A stretch of 64,000 bases of DNA from an uncultured Clostridia bacterium. Lineage in GTDB: Bacteria > Bacillota > Clostridia > TANB77 > CAG-508. A model generated the notes under the pieces. The model was not told where the DNA came from. It worked only from the letters and a program-made list of their open reading frames with translations, and did no database searches. Made by a program: the position numbers and the translations under genes. How positions within the stretch are numbered: position 1 is the first letter of the stretch; every line of letters starts with the position of its first letter. The stretch is taken from contig CANRHX010000002.1 in NCBI GenBank assembly GCA_947630545.1, positions 11,493-75,492 on the forward strand, in the 5' to 3' direction. Positions 12,888-25,184 of this stretch are shown here, in pieces.

Positions 12888-15369
12888 ATGGAGGTAAAAA
12901 TGATAGAATTGCTTTCGCCAGTTGGTGATTTTGAATGTTTAAAAGCTGCTGTTCAAAATGGTGCAGACTGTGTATACTTTGGAGCAAATATGTTTAGCGC
13001 AAGGGCTTTTGCTTCTAACTTTGATTTAAGCAATATGGAAAAAGCTATTTCATATGCAAAAATCCGTGGTGTTAAAACAAATTTAACATTAAATACCTTA
13101 ATTAAAAATGATGAATTTGAAAGTGCTTATGAATTAGCTAAAAAAGCTTATGAATTTGGTATAGATGCCATCATTGTTCAAGATTTAGGATTAGCATTAA
13201 AACTAATTCATGACTTTCCTGACTTACCAATTCATGCAAGTACACAGATGTCTGTCCACAATTTACAAGGAGTCCTTAAATTGCAAGAATTAGGATTCAA
13301 ACGTGTAGTTCTTGCAAGAGAATTATCAGCAGATGAAATTGCATATATATGTGCCAATTCTAATATAGAAATAGAATGTTTTATTCATGGAGCATTATGT
13401 ATTTCTTATTCTGGTCAATGTCTAATGTCAAGTATGATTGGTGGAAGGTCTGGAAATAGAGGAAATTGTGCTCAACCATGTAGGCTCTTCTATTCTCTTA
13501 TTGATCAAAATGATAAACAACTAGATAAAGGGCATCTTTTATCTTCTCGCGATTTATGTGGATTAGAATATCTTCCATTTTTAATAAAATCAGGAGTTAC
13601 ATCTTTTAAAATTGAAGGCAGAATGAAAACTCCTGAATATGTTGCAACTGTAACAAGAATTTATAGAAAATACATTGATTTAGCACTGTCTTCCAAAAAG
13701 TTTGTAATAGATGAAAAAGATAAAAAAGATTTATTGCAAGTATTTAACCGAGGGCTATCTTCTTGCGGTCATTTATCCAAAGATCCTAACAAAAATCTAG
13801 TTTATAAAAATAAATCAAATAATATGGGGCTTTCTCTAGGAATTATAGAAAAATACAATAAAAATAAAGGCTATATAACCATAAAATTAAAAGAGAACTT
13901 GCAGATTGGAGATACAATTTCTGTAGAAAAAGAAGATGGAACATATAATGTTTCTGAACTTATGGAAAAATCTAAATCTTCAAAATATGAAAATATCACA
14001 ATTGGTCAAATAAATCAAACTGTTACAATTGGTAGAATGAAAGGAAATATTTCTGTTGGAGATAAAGTAATTAAAATGTCTTCAAAAGAATTAAATATAA
14101 AAAGTCAAAATAGCATTAATTCTGAACAAAGAAAAATACTTTTAAATGCAACTGTTAAAATAAAAAAAGGTAAGCCTTTGTCTATTTGTGTTACTTCTGC
14201 AAATGCATTTGATTTATATAAAAATTTGAATTTAAAATGTAGTTTGGATATGTTACCTATAGATGCCCAAAATAAGCCGCTAAACAAAGAAACAGTAATT
14301 GAGAAAATTAATAAAACCCGGAAACACTCCATTTGAGTTTAATAAAATAAATGTTGATTTAGATAAAAATACATTTTTACCTAAAATTAGCAGTTTAAAT
14401 GAATTAAGAAGAAAAGCATTAGAAGAAGTTGAAAATTATGCACTTTCTGAAATTAAAAGAACTATGAATGTAAAAAACAGCGTTACAAAAAACAATTCTT
14501 CCAATTACGCTGTAGATTTAAAAAGTAAAAAATCAAATAGACATTCCCATAATACTGGTATTTCTTTACTTTTAAATGTCTTAAATTTAGACTTTGATTA
14601 TTTAAAATTAGAAAATGTAGATAAATTGTATATTCCTTTAAAATATTTTTCAAATAAAAAATATTTTAAAATACTAAATACTCTTAATTCAAAATTTAAC
14701 TTATATATTTACTTGCCTAATATAATAAAAGCAAATTATAGAAATATGTTTCACAACAATATAGAAAATGCCATAAATACATATAATATTAAAGGTTTTG
14801 TATTATCAAATATTTCTAATTTTGTTTTGCTAAAAGATTTATGCAATAAATTTCCTAATAAATTTGAGTTGATTGCTAACTATACACTTAACATCTATAA
14901 TGATAAAACTATAAATGAACTTGGAAATTTAGGAATTTCAATATATACTGTAAGTCCTGAATTAGACAAAAAAGCAATACTTGATTTAACAAATAATAAT
15001 TATCAGCAAGAACTTATTGTTTATGGGAAAATACCTTTAATGAATATTAATTATTGCTTACTTGGTAAAACTAATAAATGTTTTCCTCAATGTGATGCTC
15101 AATGCCTAAATAAGAATAATCATTATTATTTAAAGGATAGATTGAATATGCAATTTGATGTTTTGCCAGATAATATACAAACTATAACAACTATATATAA
15201 TAGTAAGATTTTATCTATTTTACCTTCTAATTTTAATTTAGATTTTGCTAGAATTGATATTTTATATGAAGATATTGACGAAATTAATAATATTATTAAT
15301 ACAGTAAAATCTAATAATAGATTTGAAGGAAAAGAATTTACTAATGGTAACTTAAATAGAAAAATATAA
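12888..15369 (+). CDS. Long-form peptidase U32 family protein; needs a +1 frame change at the in-frame CGG at 14319-14321
   Basis: U32 signature ECFIHGALCISYSGQC. ORFs 12888..14336 and 14299..15369 are two parts of one long U32 protein. Sequence AAA ACC CGG A AAC ACT CCA gives INKT-G-NTPFEF once the C is skipped. The likely true start is the ATG at 12900 (MIELLSP), behind a GGAGG RBS. Confidence 0.85.
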
Positions 15370-15453
15370 AACAATCAAAAAGCCTTAATATTTTAACAAT
15401 ATTAGGGCTTTTTCGTGAATTTATTTGTACTTTAAATTTGTGTACAATATTTA

Positions 15454-15774
15454 CTATTTATATTGCTTACTACTCAATTTTATAATTAAATCCATATTAT
15501 CATCAGTTGCTGACTTATTTTTTCTTATTGCACCACATTTTTTACATTTAAAAACAATAACATATCCTTTTTTACTGTCAATTTCAAGTCCAACTGGCTC
15601 TAAATCTCCATGGCATAATTCTTGTCTATCTCCAGGATTTTTATCAACATGTTTAGAATGTAGACAAAATGGGCAATGATTTCTACAAGAATATCCAAGC
15701 CTAACAACTTTTTTTCCACAGTTGTCACATATAAATTCCTCGTCTATTTTGGTAAATTTACTAGATTGTAACAC
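15454..15774 (-). CDS. RNHCP domain-containing zinc-ribbon protein
   Basis: Contains the literal RNHCPFC motif plus CDNCG and CKKCG cysteine pairs. Confidence 0.75.
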   Translation of the reverse strand: MLQSSKFTKIDEEFICDNCGKKVVRLGYSCRNHCPFCLHSKHVDKNPGDRQELCHGDLEPVGLEIDSKKGYVIVFKCKKCGAIRKNKSATDDNMDLIIKLSSKQYK

Positions 15775-15790
15775 TATTATTTCTCCTTTT

Positions 15791-15888
15791 TAGTCAATCA
15801 AACCCGGAACCATTGACACAAAATGTGTCAATCAAACCCGGAACCGTTGACACAAAATGTGTCATTCAAACCCGGAACCGTTGACACA
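15791..15888 (-). repeat. Tandem array of 3 units of the 34-bp-period palindromic repeat (locus B, reverse orientation)
   Basis: Units at 15791, 15824 and 15858 (TGTGTCAATCAAACCCGGAACCGTTGACACA-like; the first unit starts TAGTCA). Lies between the kinase gene stop and the RNHCP gene start. Confidence 0.95.
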
Positions 15889-15890
15889 TT

Positions 15891-17531
15891 TTAATATTTA
15901 AAATCTCCTCCTCCTATAAATTCTTTAAGCAAAGAATTTGACGGAACTAAATTAGCATCAATTGCTTTAAAATATTTTAAGAAATTGATTAATCTTCTAG
16001 CTTCTGCATATTCAGGTACTTCTGAAGTTATTTCTTCTAAAAGTGGTAAAGCTATTGTTTTTAATACTCCTAATTCATATATTAATGATGTATTAAACAT
16101 GATATCTGCTGTTTCTTGAAATGGAAATATATTTTGCTCTTCTCCATCATTTACTGAATGCCATGAGCCAATTGTATGACTTGCAGAATATCCTCTAAAT
16201 TGATAATCTCTAACTATTCTTCTTATTAATCTATTATCTGTTGAAGATATCCTATTGAAATAATCCATATTTAGAACAGTTAATGCACTTATGTATATTT
16301 TAAATTTTTGTTCTTTTGGAATACTTATAGTTAACCTATCATTTAAGCAATGTATACCTTCAATAACTAAAACCTCATCTTTATCAAGTTTCATTTTTTT
16401 ACCATTATATTTTTTTGTTCCTTTTTTAAAATCAAATTGTGGAACTTCTATTTCTTCTCCATTAAGTAATTTGGTTAGATGATTATTAAATAAATCTAAA
16501 TCAATGGCTTCTATACATTCAAAGTTATAATCTCCATTTTCGTCTCTTGGTGTATCTTGTCTTTCAACAAAATAATTATCCACAGAAATTGTAACTGGCT
16601 TTATTTTATTTATTTTTAGCTGAATTCCTAGCCTTTGTGCAAAAGTAGTTTTACCAGATGATGAGGGTCCAGCTATTAATATCATTTTTACATCTTTCCT
16701 TTTTGCAATTTCATCTGCTATCCCTGCAATTTTCTTTTCATGTAAAGCTTCATCTATCATTATTATATCTTTTATTCTGTTTTCTTCTATAGCCTTATTT
16801 AACTTAAATACAGTATTTACTTTTAATATTTTGTGTAAATCATCATATTCATTTAATGAAAATGCTAATTTTTTATTTTCTTCTTCTTGAGGAATAACTA
16901 ATGGATTCTTTGAACTTGGATATTTTATTATGAATCCATTATCATATTTCTCAATTTTAAACATATTTGTAGCACCTGTATTTGATGCAATCATACCATA
17001 GATATAGTTATAATATCCATCACAAAAATACATTTTTATTTCATCATTTGTATCTAAGTCTAACTGTAACTTTCCTTTTGTAGAACCTGTTTCTTCATAA
17101 AATTTTTCCGCTTCTTGCCTTGTCATAACTTTTCTTTCAATTGGTAAATTTTTTTGAATAATTTCTTGCATTTTATTAGATATGTTTTTTATTATTTCGT
17201 CTGTAACTTCCATATTATCTATTTCGCAAAACATTGCATGCGCTAATTGATAGTTCACAGTAAGAAGAGCCTCTGGATACACTTCACTGAAAGCTTTTCC
17301 CATTATATATATAAGTGTTCTCCTATATATTTTCATTCCTTCTTTATTAGACATATCTATTAATTCTATTTTACAATCGTTTGAAATCACATAATTTAAA
17401 GTTTGGTACTCATTGTTAACTGTACATCCCATAACATTAAATTTATTATCTTCAATCTCTTTTTTTAATAAATCTTTTACTTTTATACTATTTTCTATAT
17501 TAAAAATTTTATCTTTGTATTCAATTTTCAT
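15891..17531 (-). CDS. Uridine-kinase-family nucleoside kinase with an N-terminal ThrRS/TGS-like extension
   Basis: P-loop IAGPSSSGKTTFAQRL and a PRK/uridine-kinase-like C-terminal half; 546 aa. Confidence 0.65.
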   Translation of the reverse strand: MKIEYKDKIFNIENSIKVKDLLKKEIEDNKFNVMGCTVNNEYQTLNYVISNDCKIELIDMSNKEGMKIYRRTLIYIMGKAFSEVYPEALLTVNYQLAHAMFCEIDNMEVTDEIIKNISNKMQEIIQKNLPIERKVMTRQEAEKFYEETGSTKGKLQLDLDTNDEIKMYFCDGYYNYIYGMIASNTGATNMFKIEKYDNGFIIKYPSSKNPLVIPQEEENKKLAFSLNEYDDLHKILKVNTVFKLNKAIEENRIKDIIMIDEALHEKKIAGIADEIAKRKDVKMILIAGPSSSGKTTFAQRLGIQLKINKIKPVTISVDNYFVERQDTPRDENGDYNFECIEAIDLDLFNNHLTKLLNGEEIEVPQFDFKKGTKKYNGKKMKLDKDEVLVIEGIHCLNDRLTISIPKEQKFKIYISALTVLNMDYFNRISSTDNRLIRRIVRDYQFRGYSASHTIGSWHSVNDGEEQNIFPFQETADIMFNTSLIYELGVLKTIALPLLEEITSEVPEYAEARRLINFLKYFKAIDANLVPSNSLLKEFIGGGDFKY

Positions 17532-17563
17532 TACTTACTTTCCTTCTTTTATATAATAAATTT

Positions 17564-18850
<1,287 letters not shown>

Positions 18851-18858
18851 TTATGAAA

Positions 18859-19866
18859 TTAAAAATAATTTAGCATCATTGCTTCTTTTACTTTTTTCAT
18901 AGTCTCTTTTGCTACCTTTTGAGCCCTTGCTGTTCCTTCCATTAATACTTTATCAACTTCTTCAGGATGTGCTTCATAATATGCTCTTTTTTCTCTAATT
19001 GGTTTTAAAGTATCAGAAATATTTTTTGCAAGTTGCTTTTTACATGCTACACAACCTCTTTTGCCTAACTTACATTCTTCACAAACAGCTTTTAAATCTT
19101 CTTCAGGCGTAAATAATTTATGATAATATGAAACCATACATATATCTGGATTACCTGGATCATCTTTTTTTATTCTATTTGGATCTGTTACAGCTTTCAT
19201 TACTTTTGATTTTATCTCTTCTTCTGAATCTGACAAATATATTGCATTTCCCAAAGATTTACCCATCTTTTCGTTTCCATCTAATCCTTTTATTCTCTTG
19301 CCTTCAGATAAAACTATTTTTGGTTCAACTAGCACATCTCCATATATACTGTTAAATTTTCTTACTATTTCTCTACATTGCTCAATTAATGGTTCTTGAT
19401 CTTCTCCTGTTGGCACTAGTTCTCCCTCAAATGTTGTTATATCTGCTGCTTGACTTACTGGATATCCTAGAAAACCATATGTTACACTTTCTCCAAATAA
19501 TTCTCTTTTTTGTGCTATTTCTGTTTTTACGGTTGGATTTCTTTCAAGTCTAGCTATTGTTACTAAATTTGAATAGTATATTGTAAGTTCTGCTGTTTCA
19601 GGTATCATTGATTGTATATATATTGTTGTTTTTTTAGGGTCAATGCCTACAGATAAATAATCCATTGCAAGCTCTCTTACATTTTTTCTAACTTTTTCTG
19701 GATTGTTAAAATTATCTGTTAGTGCTTGAACATCTGCAATTAATATAAATTGCTCATATTCTGGGTTTTCCTGTAATTCCACCCTTTTTTTTAATGAGCC
19801 AAAATAATGTCCTATATGCAATTTACCTGTTGGTCTATCTCCTGTTAATATTCTTTTTTTTGCCAT
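18859..19866 (-). CDS. trpS: Tryptophan--tRNA ligase
   Basis: HIGH-type motif GKLHIGHY and KMGKS motif; 335 aa. Confidence 0.93.
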   Translation of the reverse strand: MAKKRILTGDRPTGKLHIGHYFGSLKKRVELQENPEYEQFILIADVQALTDNFNNPEKVRKNVRELAMDYLSVGIDPKKTTIYIQSMIPETAELTIYYSNLVTIARLERNPTVKTEIAQKRELFGESVTYGFLGYPVSQAADITTFEGELVPTGEDQEPLIEQCREIVRKFNSIYGDVLVEPKIVLSEGKRIKGLDGNEKMGKSLGNAIYLSDSEEEIKSKVMKAVTDPNRIKKDDPGNPDICMVSYYHKLFTPEEDLKAVCEECKLGKRGCVACKKQLAKNISDTLKPIREKRAYYEAHPEEVDKVLMEGTARAQKVAKETMKKVKEAMMLNYF

Positions 19867-19961
19867 TTTTTATTCACATCCTCCTCAAATTTTATTTATT
19901 TAATTATATTATTTGTCACATTATTTTTTACGCTCTTATTATACTATATTTTAAAAATAAA

Positions 19962-19986
19962 AACAACTCTGTTTGTTAGAGTTGTT
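19962..19986 (-). terminator. Rho-independent terminator after rpmA
   Basis: AACAACTCT-GTTTGTT-AGAGTTGTT. On the minus strand it is followed by TTTTTATTTTT. Confidence 0.75.
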
Positions 19987-20007
19987 TATTATATGTAAAT
20001 ATTTAAC

Positions 20008-20286
20008 TTAAGCTTTTTTTTCTGCTAATTGTTCTTCTTGATATACACTTACTTGTTTTTTATCTTTACCTTTTCTTTCAAATTTTACTGTTCCATCTAC
20101 TAATGCATATAGTGTATCATCACTACCTTTTCCTACATTAGTTCCAGGATGTACTTTTGTTCCTCTTTGTCTTACCAAGATATTTCCTGCTAAAACAAAT
20201 TGACCATCAGCTCTTTTTACACCAAGACGTTTTGACTCTGACTCTCTACCGTTATGGCTGCTACCTTGACCTTTTTTATGAGCCAT
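20008..20286 (-). CDS. rpmA: 50S ribosomal protein L27 (no N-terminal propeptide)
   Basis: [24 protein letters not shown]...; starts directly at the mature-type AHKK. Confidence 0.95.
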   Translation of the reverse strand: MAHKKGQGSSHNGRESESKRLGVKRADGQFVLAGNILVRQRGTKVHPGTNVGKGSDDTLYALVDGTVKFERKGKDKKQVSVYQEEQLAEKKA

Positions 20287-20352
20287 GATTTCTCACTCCT
20301 TTCGGTTTTATTTATTTATAACCTTCTGATAACTTCTTATTTTTTGGTTAAC

Positions 20353-20745
20353 CTAAGCTTTTTTTACTTCAGCTTTTTTTGTGCTTGTTTCTGATTTTGT
20401 TGCTGTTGCAGATGCTGCTACTGTTTTTGCAGTTCCACCTACTATTGATGTTATTTCAACTTTTGTGTATGGTTGTCTATGTCCTTGCATTCTTCTGTAG
20501 TTCTTTTTTGGTTTCATTTTGTAAATTAATATTTTTTTAGCTTTACCATGTGCAACTACTTTTCCTTCAACCTTTACACCTTTAACATAAGGATTTCCTA
20601 CTTGTACTTTTCCTTCTTCTGATACTAGAACTACGTTTTCAAATGTAACTTTTTTACCTTCTTCTGCATCTAGTTTTTCGAAAAATACAACGTCTCCTTC
20701 TGCTACTTTGTATTGTTTTCCACAGCTTTCAATTATTGCGTACAT
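20353..20745 (-). CDS. rplU: 50S ribosomal protein L21 with an Ala/Thr/Lys-rich C-terminal extension
   Basis: [14 protein letters not shown]... is the canonical L21 start. About 27 extra C-terminal residues. Confidence 0.93.
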   Translation of the reverse strand: MYAIIESCGKQYKVAEGDVVFFEKLDAEEGKKVTFENVVLVSEEGKVQVGNPYVKGVKVEGKVVAHGKAKKILIYKMKPKKNYRRMQGHRQPYTKVEITSIVGGTAKTVAASATATKSETSTKKAEVKKA

Positions 20746-20845
20746 CTAAAATGCACCTCCCTTATTTGTATACTCGCTAATCCTTAATTTTCAGGCAACT
20801 CTTGTTTCATAGTATTTGTGTACCTTGACTAAGCGGATTACAGTT
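20746..20845 (-). promoter_or_regulatory. 5' leader of rplU (possible L21-leader type autoregulatory element)
   Basis: About 100-nt untranslated leader between the predicted promoter and the rplU ATG. Such a leader is known upstream of rplU in Firmicutes. I did not verify the structure. Confidence 0.3.
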
Positions 20846-20849
20846 ATTT

Positions 20850-20878
20850 ATTTTAACATAAATTTCCTGTGGTGTCAA
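20850..20878 (-). promoter_or_regulatory. Sigma-A type promoter for rplU-rpmA
   Basis: On the minus strand: TTGACA (20878-20873), 17-nt spacer, TAAAAT (20855-20850). Confidence 0.55.
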
Positions 20879-21052
20879 CTGATTTGGAAAAAATTTTTGG
20901 AATTGTTGTTTACGTAAAATATCATGTATGAAAACAACAAAGAAAAATGTCGTTTTTAAAATATAAGTAATATAAGTTTATATTCAGGTACTTAAAAAAT
21001 TATACAGTAACCAAAAAGCCATCAAATGTATTAAATTTGATGACTTTTTGTT

Positions 21053-22966
21053 TTATTCATGGAAATTGAATCTTTGCATATCTAATGATGTGTTATTATT
21101 ATTAACTGTAACATTGGCTTCCCAATCTTGTTGACTTCCTGCATAATCATATGTTGCATTATTTATATTATAAAATGCATATGGTCCTATTTCTGTTAAT
21201 GTTTTTGGGAATTTTACAAGCACTATTCCTGTACAATTACAAAACATATAGTTTCCTATTTTTGTTATTCCTTCTTCTAAGGTTATTTCTAACTCATTTT
21301 GTCTAGATTGGTACCAAGGTAGTCTGCTACAATCACCAAAACTATAATTTATGCCTTCGCCATTTCCTTTTGTTATATTTATTTTCTTTATTCCTGTGCA
21401 TCCACTAAACCCTTCACCAGCATGTATTGATATTGGAATTGTTAGATCTTGTATTTGGGCACAATTTGCAAATGCATTATAATCTATTTTTGTTATATTA
21501 TCAGGTATTACAAGTTTCTCTATTTTTGTATTGCTAAATACATTCCCAAGTATTTCAGTTATTTCTTTCGGCATCACTATTGTACCAGTTAACTCTGTGC
21601 ATCCATCAAACGCAAATGAACTTAATTTAGTCAATCCCTCTATTGAGCTTATTTCTTGTAATTGAGTGCATTTCTGGAATGCTAATTCTCCTATTTCTTT
21701 TAATGACGTTGGAAATTTAATATGTTTTAAACCTGTACAACTATAAAACATACGGTCTCCTATTCTTGTTATTCCTTCTTCTAAGGTTATTTCTAACTCA
21801 TTTTGTCTAGATTGGTACCAAGGTAGTCTGCTACAATCACCAAAACTATAATTTATGCCTTCGCCATTTCCTTTTGTTATATTTATTTTCTTTATTCCTG
21901 TGCATCCACTAAACCCTTCACCAGCATGTATTGATATTGGAATTGTTAGATCTTGTATTTGGGCACAATTTGCAAATGCAGCAGAACTTATTTTAGTTAT
22001 ATTATTAGGTATTACAAGTTTTTTTATAACTATACTGTTTGTTGCAAGTTTTTCACCTGTAAATGCTGAATAGTCTATTGCTATTATAGCATTTTCATTA
22101 TGTTTTTTTGGTATTACTAAATCTGTTTTACTTTCATTTTTAAATGCTTCTATACCTAGCTCTGCAAATCCAGTTATTGTTGTTCCCTTGTCATCGTATG
22201 TAAAGTATTCTGATGATGTTTCTTGTAACCATTTTGCATATACTGTTATATCCCCATTTAGTCCTTCTGTTGAACTTACTCTTTCTTCTGTACAGTTAGA
22301 GTCTAAATACCACCCATCAAATGCAAATCCATCTTGTATTGGAGATATAAATCCTACTACTTTTCCTAGCTTGTATTCTCTTATAACTTCATCTTCATTT
22401 TCAAATTTTCCACCATTTAATTCAAATGTTATTTTTCCACCACTTGTACCTTTTATATCATCACTTTGTCCTAGATACTCTACTCCTCCACTTGGTAATG
22501 ATATTTTAAATTTAAATAATGTTCTTGTTCCAGATTCTTTGTACATTTCCAATTCAACATATGTTTCATTATTTTCAACATCCTCAATATATTCATATGT
22601 CTTACTTTCTTCTCCATTTTCTGGATCAGGTGGTATTACATATTCATTTGTATCATAATCAGCCTTTTCTTCAAATGTTTCTCTTTCCTTAAAGTAATCA
22701 TTAAAACTTGTTTCTCCATCTGCGTGTTCAGAAGTGCTACTATATTCTATTCGCATATTTGTTACTGCAAGTTTTAGCATTTCCTCTATTTCTGCTCTTT
22801 CTGTTTCGATTTTTGCTTTATTTGCTTGGTTTAATATTCCATTATTACCCATTAGTGTGTTTACTGTTATTCCTGCTAATATTAAAAGAACTATTATGGT
22901 TATAACCAACGCTATCAAAGTAATACCGTTTTGTCCAAATTTTAGTATTTCTTTTACATCTTTCAT
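21053..22966 (-). CDS. Surface protein with a pseudopilin-like N-terminal anchor, a Listeria-Bacteroides (Flg_new) repeat and BspA-type leucine-rich repeats
   Basis: N-terminus NGITLIALVITIIVLLILAGITV. FDGWYLDSNCTE...ITVYAKW repeat. LRR_5-like modules (ITKI...AF.NC..L..I.IP). Confidence 0.65.
   Translation of the reverse strand: MKDVKEILKFGQNGITLIALVITIIVLLILAGITVNTLMGNNGILNQANKAKIETERAEIEEMLKLAVTNMRIEYSSTSEHADGETSFNDYFKERETFEEKADYDTNEYVIPPDPENGEESKTYEYIEDVENNETYVELEMYKESGTRTLFKFKISLPSGGVEYLGQSDDIKGTSGGKITFELNGGKFENEDEVIREYKLGKVVGFISPIQDGFAFDGWYLDSNCTEERVSSTEGLNGDITVYAKWLQETSSEYFTYDDKGTTITGFAELGIEAFKNESKTDLVIPKKHNENAIIAIDYSAFTGEKLATNSIVIKKLVIPNNITKISSAAFANCAQIQDLTIPISIHAGEGFSGCTGIKKINITKGNGEGINYSFGDCSRLPWYQSRQNELEITLEEGITRIGDRMFYSCTGLKHIKFPTSLKEIGELAFQKCTQLQEISSIEGLTKLSSFAFDGCTELTGTIVMPKEITEILGNVFSNTKIEKLVIPDNITKIDYNAFANCAQIQDLTIPISIHAGEGFSGCTGIKKINITKGNGEGINYSFGDCSRLPWYQSRQNELEITLEEGITKIGNYMFCNCTGIVLVKFPKTLTEIGPYAFYNINNATYDYAGSQQDWEANVTVNNNNTSLDMQRFNFHE
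21262..21476. repeat. Copy 1 of a 215-bp identical direct repeat inside the LRR gene
   Basis: Identical by eye to 21766..21980 (offset 504 bp = 168 codons). Encodes ...AFANCAQIQDLTIPISIHAGEGFSGCTGIKKINITKGNGEGINYSFGDCSRLPWYQSRQNELEITLEEGIT. Confidence 0.9.
21766..21980. repeat. Copy 2 of the 215-bp identical direct repeat inside the LRR gene
   Basis: See copy 1. Confidence 0.9.
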
Positions 22967-23194
22967 TATAATTTTCTTCCTTTCTTTTATCTTTTGATAT
23001 TACAAAATTATGATACAATATGAAAGATTTTTTTTCAAGTGTTTTTTAGTTCATTTTTGTTTTTCATTCTAAAATATCTTGCAAAAGAGAAGCAATTATA
23101 AATAATTAGAAAATGTTAAAAAATCACAAAAATACCATAAATATATATAATAGTTTATACATATTTATGGCATTATAATCATTTACTATTAACT

Positions 23195-24514
23195 TTATGC
23201 AGTTTCTTTTTTAGATTTACTAGGTATTTGTCGTTTTTGCTTTTTTTCTAACTCACGTTTTGACTTGTTTTCGTCAATTATAACTTCTGGCTCAATCTTT
23301 TGTAATACTGTTTCTTTTGTAATTATACATTTGGTAATATCTTGATTAGATGGTATTTCAAACATAATATCTCTCATTATTTCTTCAATTATTGACCTTA
23401 ACCCTCTTGCACCAGTTTTTCTTTCTATTGCTTTATCAACAATTGCTTCTATTGCATCTTGCTTAAATTCTAGTTCAACTCCATCTATTTCAAATAATTT
23501 TGTATACTGTTTTACTAACGAATTTTTTGGTTCTACTAATATTTTAATTAAAGCATCTTTATCTAAATTCTTTATTGTTGCTATTATAGGTAATCTTCCA
23601 ATAAACTCTGGAATTAACCCGAATTTTAACAAATCTTGAGGTAATAGTTCTTTAAAAACTTCATATCTATCAACCTCTTTAGAACTCTCTATTTTTGTTC
23701 CAAAACCAATTGCTTTTTTACCTGTTCTATCTTTTATAATATTTTCTAATCCTTCAAAAGCTCCTCCACAAATAAATAATATATTTTCTGTATTTATTTG
23801 AATTAATTCTTGATTTGGATGTTTTCTTCCTCCTTGCGGTGGAACTGAAGCAACCGTTCCTTCTATTATTTTTAATAGTGCCTGTTGAACACCTTCACCA
23901 CTAACATCACGAGTTATTGAAACATTTTCAGATTTTCTCGTAATTTTGTCTATTTCATCTATATATATGATTCCTTTTTCTGCCTTTTGTACATCTCCAT
24001 CTGCTGCTTGTATTAATTTTAGTAGGATATTTTCAACATCTTCCCCTACATATCCTGCTTCTGTTAAAGTTGTAGCATCTGCTATTGCAAATGGTACATT
24101 TAATATTTTAGCTAAAGTCCTTGCAAGAAGTGTCTTTCCACAACCTGTAGGTCCAAGTAATAAAATATTACTTTTTTGAATTTCTACATCATCTTCTTTT
24201 TTATTTACTTGCTCTTCATGTAATATTCTTTTATAGTGATTATAAACTGCAACTGATAAAGATTTTTTTGCATCTTCTTGACCAATTACATATTCATCTA
24301 AGATATCTTTTATTTCTTTAGGACTTGGAATATTTTCTGTTAATTCATATTCTGCTTCTTCTTCATATAATTCTGCATCTATTATGCTATTACATAAATC
24401 AACACATTCATCACAAATATATACACCAGGTCCTGCAACTATTTTTCTAACGCTTTCTTGTGCTTTTCCACAAAATGAACATCTAACGTTCTTTGGTATA
24501 TCATTTCTTGCCAT
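23195..24514 (-). CDS. clpX: ATP-dependent Clp protease ATP-binding subunit ClpX
   Basis: Zinc-binding CSFCGK...CDEC N-terminus, Walker A GPTGCGKT, 439 aa; downstream of clpP. Confidence 0.96.
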   Translation of the reverse strand: MARNDIPKNVRCSFCGKAQESVRKIVAGPGVYICDECVDLCNSIIDAELYEEEAEYELTENIPSPKEIKDILDEYVIGQEDAKKSLSVAVYNHYKRILHEEQVNKKEDDVEIQKSNILLLGPTGCGKTLLARTLAKILNVPFAIADATTLTEAGYVGEDVENILLKLIQAADGDVQKAEKGIIYIDEIDKITRKSENVSITRDVSGEGVQQALLKIIEGTVASVPPQGGRKHPNQELIQINTENILFICGGAFEGLENIIKDRTGKKAIGFGTKIESSKEVDRYEVFKELLPQDLLKFGLIPEFIGRLPIIATIKNLDKDALIKILVEPKNSLVKQYTKLFEIDGVELEFKQDAIEAIVDKAIERKTGARGLRSIIEEIMRDIMFEIPSNQDITKCIITKETVLQKIEPEVIIDENKSKRELEKKQKRQIPSKSKKETA

Positions 24515-24529
24515 AAAATTCTCCTTTAA

Positions 24530-25135
24530 TTACATTCTTTTTTCCATTATTCCATCTATTAATCCATATTTTAAAGCTTCTTCTGCTGTCATATAATTAT
24601 CTCTTTCTGTATCTTTTTCAATAGTTTCAATCGTTTGACCTGTTCTTTCACTTAAAAACTTATTTAACTTTTCTCTTGTTTTTACTAAGTGGTCTGCATG
24701 AATTTTTATTTCTGTTGTTTGTCCTGAAAGTCCGCCTCCGCCAATTAATGGTTGATGAATAAGTATTTCAGCATTTGGTGTAGCATATCTTTTTCCTTTT
24801 TCTCCTGCAGCAAGTAATGCTGCTCCCATACTTGCTGCCATTCCTATGCATATTGTAGAAACTGGACATTTTATATAATTCATTGTATCTATAATTCCCA
24901 TTCCATCTGTAATTGATCCTCCAGGTGAATTTATATATAAATGTATTTCTTTGTCTGGATCTTCTGACTCTAAAAATAACAATTGTGCAATTACTAAACT
25001 TGATGTTGTTGGATTTACATCTTCTCCTAAAAATATTATTCTATCTTTTAATAATCTTGAGAAAATATCATATGATCTTTCTCCTTTACTTGTTTGCTCA
25101 ATAACATATGGTACTAAACTATCTTTTTCTAACAT
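24530..25135 (-). CDS. clpP: ATP-dependent Clp protease proteolytic subunit
   Basis: [16 protein letters not shown] start, catalytic-serine context [16 protein letters not shown]. Confidence 0.96.
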   Translation of the reverse strand: MLEKDSLVPYVIEQTSKGERSYDIFSRLLKDRIIFLGEDVNPTTSSLVIAQLLFLESEDPDKEIHLYINSPGGSITDGMGIIDTMNYIKCPVSTICIGMAASMGAALLAAGEKGKRYATPNAEILIHQPLIGGGGLSGQTTEIKIHADHLVKTREKLNKFLSERTGQTIETIEKDTERDNYMTAEEALKYGLIDGIMEKRM

Positions 25136-25184
25136 AATTATCTTCCTCCTTAAATTTATGATTATTATATACTAATAGTATTTT

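Noticed and set aside
14311-14325. The U32 recoding site (AAACCCGGAA) shares 10 nt with the core of the palindromic repeat (AAACCCGGAAC), which might link the two phenomena.
   Set aside because: The other five recoding sites show no similarity to the repeat, and the flanking arms TGTGTCA/TGACACA are absent here. It is most likely coincidence.
19867-20007. A T-box leader was expected upstream of trpS.
   Set aside because: Only about 140 nt are available. Most of it is the rpmA terminator and A/T-rich promoter sequence, and no specifier-loop or T-box motif is recognisable.
22188-22658. Other long antisense ORFs in the track, for example 22188..22658, 3597..3899, 25686..26084, 26112..26453, 46128..46490 and 48027..48356.
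   Set aside because: Each lies entirely inside a well-supported gene on the opposite strand. They have low-complexity Ser/Phe/Ile-rich translations and lack RBSs. These are typical shadow ORFs of AT-rich genomes.
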